Below, one piece after another: positions 28,185 to 35,458 of a DNA stretch of 64,000 nt; position 1 is the first letter of the stretch; the number at the start of each line of letters is the position of its first letter. Source of the DNA: Convolutriloba macropyga. Taxonomy: Eukaryota. The stretch spans positions 71,548,001 to 71,612,000 of the forward strand of contig NC_134468.1 of the NCBI RefSeq assembly GCF_964194025.1. Direction: 5' to 3'. Under the pieces are notes generated by a model. It made no database searches, was not told the origin of the DNA, and saw only the letters and a list, made by a program, of their open reading frames with translations. A program made the translations under genes and the position numbers.

Positions 28185-29292
28185 AGTATCAAATTTGGCT
28201 GGGCTGCTACAGATCACACAATACGGGATCTCTTTATGTATGCCAGTCAAACTTGACAAAAGATATAACAAATCGAAGGCAAAGATATATGCCTAAGACC
28301 TGTCTGTGCTATAAGTCTCAATTTAAAATAGTTGGGGGGCTGAAAGTATTAAATTTATAAAAGAGTAAATATAAAATTACAGCTTACTAATTACCAGTTG
28401 TGTAGTGGTGAATTGGAGGTGAGCTGTTGGGCGATCGTTCACTTGGGTGTTTCTTCAGTTATGTTATTTGTCGAAAAAGAAAGTTATAAAATCAAATCTG
28501 GAATTATTTGTCTAAGTTATTAAACAATTTTGTTCGACTATTTTATTGTTAAAGTGAAGTTAAATTTTGAGAAAAAATGAAAGCAGTTGTCTGCTGCTTG
28601 TTTCTGGGTGTGATTTCTGTCTCTCTAATTTTATTCCGTCCCACTTCGCTGAGAGAAACAATTAATTCCTCTCAGCTCCGTTTGGGCCGATAGGGAGCGA
28701 ATCACAAACTCACGTTCATAGTGAGGTGCTTCTTAATTTTCCTATTGGCCGAGAAGGCAAGAGAATTAACTCTTTTTTATCTCACGGAAAAATTATTGAA
28801 ACTCCAAAAAATAATAAAAATCTAAAAAGCTGAGAGCATCAATTATTGATTTCGTAGGCGCCTGTTTTCTGCTTTTCCCCTCTTCTAAAACCGCAACAAT
28901 TATGGTTTTCTTGGGGGCTTTTTATGAGACTCTATTGTCTTTCCCCTGAAGCAATCTGCTTCATCTTTATTGAACTTGGGGGGAAAGATCTGCATTGCAA
29001 CTGTCAAAAGCAGAAGTAATTTAAATCAAAAGAAACTGTGGTTTTACAGGCCGCCTACGTTCAACAACGTACATTTTCTATCCTGGATATAAGCGAGGAG
29101 ATCCAGGCCTAAAGTTGTGTTATTTAAATAAGTCGAACTGAGTTGTTTAAATACTTGTGTACTGGTAGTCTTAATAAGCGTTAGTTTGTTTAGCGCGCGG
29201 CGAAAGAATGGTTAATTAGCGCCTAAATACGTTCGCTCTAATGCGGGATTAATTATCCGCTCATTTGTAACAGCTCTCGTAATACTACAGCT
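28185..29292 (-). repeat. 3' LTR of giant gypsy element (1108 bp)
   Basis: Matches 47088-48197 with about 5 differences seen by eye (3 substitutions, 2 one-base indels). Confidence 0.95.
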
Positions 29293-29305
29293 CACCCCGA
29301 TTTTT
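29293..29305 (-). promoter_or_regulatory. Short, imperfect polypurine tract before the 3' LTR
   Basis: Element strand reads AAAAATCGGGGTG immediately before the LTR start AGCTGTAG. Confidence 0.45.
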
Positions 29306-29479
29306 AAGATAAAAAAGAAAATGATTAAAAAAAGAAATATATTGCATCGTATATAATTTTATTGCGATTGAGACATATAAATGAGTTACTACAAGTTTAG
29401 AAAGTTATGAAATTAATCGCAAAGGGCAACAATGGTATGCTATAAAATAAATCGCAAAGGGCGATAATGTTGTGCTGTA

Positions 29480-30655
29480 TTATTCAAAAAATTCTGGGGG
29501 CAAAATGACTGGGCTTGACATCGGACTGTTACCATCGTCTTCGATCAAAAGAACCTCTTGTATATCGTCCTCAGTTGGTTTGTCCTTATCCATTGATTGT
29601 CGCTTTTTGTGCTTTTTAGCTCTCCTTTTGAGCTCGGAAATTTTGTTTCTTTGTTCTTCGTTTTCCTTCATTAATTGTGTTATTTTCTTTCCTAGCTCCA
29701 GATTCTTTTCTCCAAGTTTTTTGTTGGCGTTTGTTATTTCCAGATGTTTCAAGGAGAACGTTTTTAGCATAGTTTGTGCATTCGATTCGCTGGTTTTTTG
29801 GAGTTGATGGGCAACGACATATTGGCGCCGCCAATAGTCGTTAAGTAGTTGCTTTTCCTCAGGTGGTTTCTGTGATTCCATTTTCAGTTGTTCAAATTTC
29901 AGTTGCAATTCTTGCAACTCTGTTTCCTTTTGAAACAGTTCCTGCCTGAATGTGGTGTTTTCCTCTATTAAACTACTAGTATTGATGTTTGATAGTTCTG
30001 GCATCTCAACAGGAAAAGCGGAAATTGCGTCGTAAGGGACTTCAATATATGCGTCGAGCATATTATTCCTAAGGGTATAAGTGCCCTTCATAGGGTCGCG
30101 ATTTTTAATTCTCCACTTGTTGTTTTCTGTGGGGAGCGAGAAGGTTTTCAGAACTGGAAGCTTTTCGCTGTTGACTAGTATCTGTTGATGTCCATTTGAC
30201 TGGATGATGTTTATTTTACTAGCAACCTCAAACTTGTTGTAGTTTGGTTTCAGGAAATAGAGGAGGGTATTAACGTACCTCGGGTTTTCTTTGTTCATAT
30301 TTTCCTCTCGCGGTTTCTGTAATTTCAAACATTCTGAGGGTATCTTCCTGATAGCGTCGGGAACGAGATCTTCAATGTTGTTCATCTTAATAATTTTGTT
30401 TTTGTGATTGCTAATTTGTTGGATTGGGAATTGTCTCTTTCTGCTAATTTGCCAGTTGTTTTCGGGATCATATTGACTGGAAGTTGATGGAGATGCAATA
30501 GTTGTAGTAACTTGTTGTGTGTTCTGAGGTTTAAATGGAGGCTTTGAGAAAATAGGAGGCTGGGAAGAATGGGTTTGTGTTTGTTCTTGTTGTGTTGTCA
30601 CTTGTTGATGTTGACTGGGGATTATTACGCTTGCGAGTGTGGGTCTGGTAGTCAT
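29480..30655 (-). CDS. Accessory ORF, 391 aa: Q/T/P-rich N-terminus, globular middle, coiled coil, basic NLS-like and SIM-like motifs
   Basis: ATG start. Heptad-rich ELFQKETELQELQLKFEQLK and KKLGEKNLELGKKITQL; KRRAKKHKKR; IQEVLLIEDD. AATAAA follows at about 29360. Confidence 0.8.
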   Translation of the reverse strand: MTTRPTLASVIIPSQHQQVTTQQEQTQTHSSQPPIFSKPPFKPQNTQQVTTTIASPSTSSQYDPENNWQISRKRQFPIQQISNHKNKIIKMNNIEDLVPDAIRKIPSECLKLQKPREENMNKENPRYVNTLLYFLKPNYNKFEVASKINIIQSNGHQQILVNSEKLPVLKTFSLPTENNKWRIKNRDPMKGTYTLRNNMLDAYIEVPYDAISAFPVEMPELSNINTSSLIEENTTFRQELFQKETELQELQLKFEQLKMESQKPPEEKQLLNDYWRRQYVVAHQLQKTSESNAQTMLKTFSLKHLEITNANKKLGEKNLELGKKITQLMKENEEQRNKISELKRRAKKHKKRQSMDKDKPTEDDIQEVLLIEDDGNSPMSSPVILPPEFFE

Positions 30656-30950
30656 TGTTAGTGTTTCCTTGTGGATGATCTAAAATTATTTGATTTTGGT
30701 TAGCCTGTGTCATCAATATCACACATTATGGCTTCTTTTCAAGTTTGCAATTGTATTGCTAATATAAAAAAAAGTATTCTATTGTAAAAATGTTTTTGTA
30801 AGGTTTTGTTGCTAACTGCTTTACTTAAAAATTATAATGCTAAATGCATTTGTTATTAGAGTTTGGTATAAAAGTTTTTGTTTTGCTAAATGCAAAGTTA
30901 ATTTTAATAAAGGGAGGGGGGGTCATAAATTAAAAAATTTTTATACTTAT

Positions 30951-31075
30951 GCCAGGCGGGCAGCCCTGGCACAAGTACGTCTTTCTCCGCTGCCCGGAGG
31001 TGTGAGTCTTGGGGCGTGCGTCACACTAACACGGCTGCAACGACCCGTGCTGCTGGGGAGACAACCTTGCTGAGC
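30951..31075. ncRNA. GC-rich multi-stem structured element (candidate cis-acting RNA)
   Basis: Stems GCCAGG/CCTGGC, CTCCG/CGGAG, GTGTGA/TCACAC and CACGG/CCGTG, plus 8-nt complementarity CGGGCAGC/GCTGCCCG between two hairpins. Confidence 0.5.
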
Positions 31076-31249
31076 TGAAAGAAAAATTTTTCGGGTCGTT
31101 TTTGAAAATTTCAGTTATCGTGTTAGTGTTCTGAATTATTTAGGTTCAAAAGCCAGGGGGGCAGGCTGGAGAAAGCTGAGGTAACCCCTTCCCGAGGAAA
31201 AGTTAAAAGGAAAAAAAAGATCGTTTGGACTTGAGTTGTTTTTGGTTTA

Positions 31250-31642
31250 TCAGACAACGTCGTCTAAAAAATTTTTGCAAATGGGACATTTTTTCTGCTT
31301 ATTTGTACATACTCGACAGAATCGATGTTCGTCATGTTGGGAAAAATGTGGGTGTTTTGTTACTCCTAATTCTGTTTTCATTTTTTTGCATAAATTGCAT
31401 CGGAAGTAGGATGTGATCAGGACGGGAAGACAAGGTCGAAGACAGATGGGACATTTAGGGTTTGGGTATCTCTTAAAAAGTGCTTTTCTGCAAGGAATAC
31501 ATACATAGTGGGGATTTTCTTTGGGGAATTGCTTGTGTAGTTTTTCTACAATAACGGTTTTCCGTGAACATATAGGGCAGATAATGTCCTTATGGGGATA
31601 GAACCAACGGAAACCGTCGAATAGGGATTGTGAAAGACCCAT
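31250..31642 (-). CDS. Double RING-like zinc finger protein 3 (130 aa), N-myristoylation motif MGLSQS
   Basis: C-x2-C-x10-H-x8-H-x2-C-x2-C-x12-C-x2-C, then x14 and a second CxxC-x23(H-rich)-CxxC-x6-CPxC. Confidence 0.85.
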   Translation of the reverse strand: MGLSQSLFDGFRWFYPHKDIICPICSRKTVIVEKLHKQFPKENPHYVCIPCRKALFKRYPNPKCPICLRPCLPVLITSYFRCNLCKKMKTELGVTKHPHFSQHDEHRFCRVCTNKQKKCPICKNFLDDVV

Positions 31643-31666
31643 CGAGTGACTGTTCTCTTATTTTCC

Positions 31667-31789
31667 TTAGATAGAAACAGGAAAACCTTTGAGAAACTGC
31701 AGTAGGATGAGATTAATGAGGAACGATATGGCAAGCAAGGTAATTAGGATTAGGATAAATATTTTTGTGGATAGGTCTAGATTGGTCAT
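31667..31789 (-). CDS. Hydrophobic micropeptide 3 (40 aa), not in ORF track
   Basis: Hand translation: MTNLDLSTKIFILILITLLAISFLINLILLQFLKGFPVSI*. Confidence 0.65.
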   Translation of the reverse strand: MTNLDLSTKIFILILITLLAISFLINLILLQFLKGFPVSI

Positions 31790-31791
31790 TT

Positions 31792-31908
31792 TTAGTATCT
31801 GGAGAAAATTTGGCGAATTGCGGAAAGGAGGTAGTTATTAATAAAAAGGGATATTGTCAATGCGCATAAGAGAACAAATAGAAGAATAGACAATGTTATG
31901 GGTTGCAT
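31792..31908 (-). CDS. Hydrophobic micropeptide 2 (38 aa), not in ORF track
   Basis: Hand translation: MQPITLSILLFVLLCALTISLFINNYLLSAIRQIFSRY*. Confidence 0.65.
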   Translation of the reverse strand: MQPITLSILLFVLLCALTISLFINNYLLSAIRQIFSRY

Positions 31909-31912
31909 TTTG

Positions 31913-32050
31913 TCAATTCAATGAGTAGTGTAGAACTAGGGTGAAGGAGGTGATTTGCTCCTGGTAAAAACTGAGTTGAATTAGGGATATCGATTGGATT
32001 AAAAATAAAATTAGGGAAAGAAGTAAAATTTTGGATGTTCTTGGACTCAT
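31913..32050 (-). CDS. Hydrophobic micropeptide 1 (45 aa), not in ORF track
   Basis: Hand translation: MSPRTSKILLLSLILFLIQSISLIQLSFYQEQITSFTLVLHYSLN*. Confidence 0.6.
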   Translation of the reverse strand: MSPRTSKILLLSLILFLIQSISLIQLSFYQEQITSFTLVLHYSLN

Positions 32051-32056
32051 TTTAGA

Positions 32057-32434
32057 TTATGTGGTTGTTTTTTCGCAACGAGGGCATAATTTATAATCTT
32101 CTACGCAAAATTTACAAAAGTTGACGGGCTTATGATCACTGTGATGAAACGTTTTTGCAACAGAGTATTGAAATCTTGTTTGTTTGCAAATATCACATTG
32201 AAACCAGTTAAAGATTGAAAAGATAACATTAAATTTAGAGCATTTAGGACAAAAATCGTAGCCCATATCTTTTATAACATATTGGTAACAGAGCAGACAC
32301 ATTACGTGGGGTAGTTCGTCAGGGGGGTTCTCGTGTAATTTCTTGAAGACAATTGTTTCACGTCTGCAGCATAAACAAATTAATGAGACCGGTTTGGATT
32401 CTATAGTATTGGTTTCTTTGTCAGTTGTATTCAT
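32057..32434 (-). CDS. Double RING-like zinc finger protein 2 (125 aa)
   Basis: Same Cys/His spacing and KLH..PH, F-x-C motifs as 31250 and 32703. Confidence 0.85.
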   Translation of the reverse strand: MNTTDKETNTIESKPVSLICLCCRRETIVFKKLHENPPDELPHVMCLLCYQYVIKDMGYDFCPKCSKFNVIFSIFNWFQCDICKQTRFQYSVAKTFHHSDHKPVNFCKFCVEDYKLCPRCEKTTT

Positions 32435-32460
32435 TTTTGGAAGATTGTTATTGGAGGGGA

Positions 32461-32664
32461 TTATGGGACTGGTATGGTTGGAGGATTTGGTTGTTGATTA
32501 TTTTGGGATTTTATTGCTTGGTCTATTACTAATATAACTACTAACATCAAAAAATTGAAAGGAATACTTACAACAACGAGGAAAACGGTTAAAATGAAGG
32601 AGAAGGCTGCTGCAATAATCATGAGGGCCATTAATAAAAAATCAAGTACTTTGGGGATAAACAT
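32461..32664 (-). CDS. Small membrane protein (67 aa from first ATG; track ORF starts at GTG 32709)
   Basis: MFIPKVLD followed by about 39 uncharged, mostly hydrophobic residues (one long TM or a hairpin) and a Q/N/P tail. Confidence 0.65.
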   Translation of the reverse strand: MFIPKVLDFLLMALMIIAAAFSFILTVFLVVVSIPFNFLMLVVILVIDQAIKSQNNQQPNPPTIPVP

Positions 32665-32702
32665 TTTGGATAATTTGTGAAGGTAGTTTTGAATCAAGGA
32701 TT

Positions 32703-33101
32703 TTACCACGGGTTGTTTGGGTCAATTGTTTGTTTGCATAAGGGGCATTTAGTAGTGGTGAAGGTCATACACTGCAAACAAATTGATTTTTCAGGGTGTA
32801 GGCTTTTGAAGTGGCTGTGGCAAGTGGATAACTTTTTGATTTCTTGACAAGAATCACACTGGAAATAATGGCAATGACTGATTGTATAAATGGGAGTTAC
32901 GCAAATGGGGCATTTAGGTTGGTTCCAATATTTAAATAATTCGTTTCTACAAGGAATGCAAGCAAAATGGGGGGGCTGACCATTTGGGTTTTTGTGCAAT
33001 TTTTTGAATTGACGGCAAGGGAGATAACAAACAGGGCATTCAACTTTAGGGGTTGTATCAATTTGAGGTTGCTGAGACGATATCTTCAGAATGTTTCCCA
33101 T
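32703..33101 (-). CDS. Double RING-like zinc finger protein 1 (132 aa), begins MG
   Basis: CPVC-x10-H-x8-H-x2-CIPC-x12-CPIC-x14-CDSC..CLQC-x7-CPLC; the ATG overlaps the upstream stop (TAATG). Confidence 0.85.
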   Translation of the reverse strand: MGNILKISSQQPQIDTTPKVECPVCYLPCRQFKKLHKNPNGQPPHFACIPCRNELFKYWNQPKCPICVTPIYTISHCHYFQCDSCQEIKKLSTCHSHFKSLHPEKSICLQCMTFTTTKCPLCKQTIDPNNPW

Positions 33102-33367
33102 TATAAGGAGAAATTAGAAAGATCCGGGTATACGAGTTCTAATCCATGGTGTTCAAGTTCGTTGGGGATAGTTACATTTAAATCTGCAATAGCAAAAAAG
33201 AAATTCCAGTGTTTTTCGTTTGGATAAATATAATAATGATTAATGGTACCTGTGCTTAAGAACATATAAGTTATTTTGATACATGCTTTATATTGTGTAA
33301 AACAGATATTGAACCATCTTTCTACTTTAAGAATTTTAATTTTTTCCTTACCAATAAACAAAATCAT
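33101..33367 (-). CDS. Small accessory protein family A, member 5 (88 aa)
   Basis: MILF..ERWF..CIKITY..PNEKHWNFF; aligns by eye with 33507, 33737, 33979 and 34502. Confidence 0.75.
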   Translation of the reverse strand: MILFIGKEKIKILKVERWFNICFTQYKACIKITYMFLSTGTINHYYIYPNEKHWNFFFAIADLNVTIPNELEHHGLELVYPDLSNFSL

Positions 33368-33506
33368 TTTAGTTTTAACAATTTGGAAAGAAATGAAGGG
33401 AAGAGAACAAATTGATCAGAAAAAAAAGGATAGAAAAAAATGAAGAAGAGGAAAGGAGAGAAAAAAAAAAATTTTGTGGAGAGCAAGTTATGTAAAACAA
33501 ATTACT

Positions 33507-33737
33507 TTACTGAAGAGCGCCCAAGTTGAATGGGAAGTGCTCTTCGATATCGATGAGTGCGAGAAAGAATTCCCAGTGCATCATTCCCATTGTTACTCGA
33601 GTAGAACCCTCACATCCACGCTCGTAGTCTGTATAGTGTATAATTATACAGGGTTTAATCTCTGCTGTGGAAGTTTCAATGAAAGATCTCTCGAGGGATT
33701 CTACTTTGACTAGGCGCTCACCAAAGTGGAACAGCAT
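33507..33737 (-). CDS. Small accessory protein family A, member 4 (76 aa)
   Basis: MLF..ERSF..PCIIIHY..HWEFF..PFNL; TAATG overlap with the upstream ORF. Confidence 0.75.
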   Translation of the reverse strand: MLFHFGERLVKVESLERSFIETSTAEIKPCIIIHYTDYERGCEGSTRVTMGMMHWEFFLALIDIEEHFPFNLGALQ

Positions 33738-33970
33738 TATAGAAGATCTAAATTAAAAGGGATTTTAGAACCATTTAAAGCTTGGGATATATTTATAAAG
33801 AATGTCCAATAGGGGGAAGATGGTGTTAAGGTAATGGTTCCATCAGTCCAAGTGTTTAAATATTCAAAATGGAGTATTAATTGTGGGATTACTCTGTTGC
33901 TTTTTGTCGTGACAAATGATTTTTCAAAAAATTGTATTTGTATAAGGCAGTTTTGGTATGAGAATATCAT
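33737..33970 (-). CDS. Small accessory protein family A, member 3 (77 aa)
   Basis: MIF..EKSF..PQLILHF..LTPSSPYWTFF..PFNL. Confidence 0.75.
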   Translation of the reverse strand: MIFSYQNCLIQIQFFEKSFVTTKSNRVIPQLILHFEYLNTWTDGTITLTPSSPYWTFFINISQALNGSKIPFNLDLL

Positions 33971-33978
33971 TGCTGCTT

Positions 33979-34263
33979 TTAATTGTTAATAGTTTCCAAT
34001 TCTTTAGTAATGAAATCGTTTTGAGAACAATCACTTTTCGGCAATTCAAAATAAAGATTGTGAGGTACACAGTTTGGGTTTTCTAGAATAAAGAGGAAGA
34101 ATTTCCAATGAACTGAAAGAGGATTAATACTTATTAAACAAATTTTTTCACTTTGGATTTCTTTGAGCGTTACTAGCATAGTAGGTACAGGAGTTGGGTA
34201 TGCATCAAAAGATCGTTGAATTTTTTGTAACTCTACAAATTTATTGTTAACTGCAAATATCAT
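33979..34263 (-). CDS. Small accessory protein family A, member 2 (94 aa)
   Basis: MIF..QRSF..PTMLVTL..PLSVHWKFF..PHNL. Confidence 0.75.
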   Translation of the reverse strand: MIFAVNNKFVELQKIQRSFDAYPTPVPTMLVTLKEIQSEKICLISINPLSVHWKFFLFILENPNCVPHNLYFELPKSDCSQNDFITKELETINN

Positions 34264-34278
34264 AGTTTAGAATGATAC

Positions 34279-34518
34279 CTAAGCAATGTAGATTGGATGT
34301 TGTACTTGAAATACCGAGTTCTCTTTGAATGCTAGAAAAATGGTGAATTCGGCAAACTGAGGATGAGTAATGAAAATAGTTAAAAGTCTGTAAATATTTG
34401 TCATGGGTTTTTTTGCGAAAGTCATTATACTTATAGCGGAAACATAGTATACGGCTAATAGCTCAAAATTTTGGTTTCCGATTCTGATTTGTAAGTTTCT
34501 ATTAGTTAAATGAATCAT
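34279..34518 (-). CDS. Small accessory protein, family B-like (79 aa)
   Basis: C-terminal THPQFAEFTIFLAFKENSVFQV resembles PNF..LL..L...NSVIE of 44838 and 45344. Confidence 0.6.
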   Translation of the reverse strand: MIHLTNRNLQIRIGNQNFELLAVYYVSAISIMTFAKKPMTNIYRLLTIFITHPQFAEFTIFLAFKENSVFQVQHPIYIA

Positions 34519-34744
34519 GTTGCTGATCTAGCTCGTTTGGCAAACTATTAGGGTCGAATTGTGCTAAATACACGAAATAATTCCAATACAACGAATGAGG
34601 GGTTAAAATCACAGTATCGTATTCCCAAGTGTCCCAAAACTCAAAATTTATAATGATTTGAGGGAAAATGTCTCCGTGATTTTCTTCAAAAGTTTTCTTT
34701 ATTTGATAAATTGTAACGAGTCTATCTTGAAACAAAAAGTACAT
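34502..34744 (-). CDS. Small accessory protein family A, member 1 (80 aa)
   Basis: MYF..KKTF..PQIIINF..LTPHSLYWNYF..PNEL; closest by eye to 33737. Confidence 0.75.
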   Translation of the reverse strand: MYFLFQDRLVTIYQIKKTFEENHGDIFPQIIINFEFWDTWEYDTVILTPHSLYWNYFVYLAQFDPNSLPNELDQQHDSFN

Positions 34745-35046
34745 TAATGGAAGCGTTTTAGTTGTTAATTAACTTATTGTTCTTCATTTCAAAACTATGT
34801 ATAAAAGTATGTAAATGTAAAAAAAAGGATAAAAAAAGGGTGTGTCAATTATTTCTGAAAAGAGGATTATTGACAACGATTGATATTTATAGATAATATA
34901 TCAATCGGATTCACTGAGGCAAAATCGGAGTATGGGAAGAGTGCAGGCAATAGCTAGATAGACATAGTTGCGATTACATAGTTGAAAATGGATTATAAGA
35001 AATAAAAAGCAAGGAAGGAATCCACACATGTCTCTTACAGGAAAAG

Positions 35047-35331
35047 TCAAAGTCTAATAATATTTTTCTTCAGATGCTTTGAAACAATTTTGTATTCGAC
35101 TCCAATGTTTACAAAAGTAATTGTGTCATCAATCAGGGCTCTTAACAATGAGAAGTATTGAAAATTTGAATGCGGTACGTCCAAGTCTATAATGTCACTG
35201 AAGTAGAAAGATGCAACTCTAATAGTTACAGTAGTTTTTAAATCGGAAAGACTTGAGGATAATATCTGTCCGGTGTATTGTCCAAATCGAATGAATAAAG
35301 CGTTAGGCTGTTTTATGAATTTGGGTTGCAT
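35047..35331 (-). CDS. Small accessory protein (94 aa), unknown function
   Basis: ATG start, co-oriented, first ORF after env; weak resemblance (IRFG, HSNFQYF) to 34279. Confidence 0.6.
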   Translation of the reverse strand: MQPKFIKQPNALFIRFGQYTGQILSSSLSDLKTTVTIRVASFYFSDIIDLDVPHSNFQYFSLLRALIDDTITFVNIGVEYKIVSKHLKKNIIRL

Positions 35332-35458
35332 AGCATAGCATCCTTGAGGTGTATCTAAACAAGATATTAATTAACTTATAGAGTCTAATACAAATAATCT
35401 TTTTTATTTTTGAGACAAATTATTTTTTTATGAAAAAGATGATTTTTTTTAACAGCTT

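Noticed and set aside
28182-28190. AGTAGTATC matches the reverse complement of the Polinton terminus (53786-53794), suggesting one Polinton enclosing the gypsy element
   Set aside because: Only 9 nt, six of which belong to the LTR end; flanks AAACCA and AATGCA are not a perfect 6-bp TSD; the 48.2-49.4 kb interval looks like host repeats. Probably chance.
31546-31734. 62-aa track ORF between the RING genes
   Set aside because: Non-ATG start and overlaps both micropeptide 3 and RING3; the ATG-started 40-aa ORF fits the tiling better.
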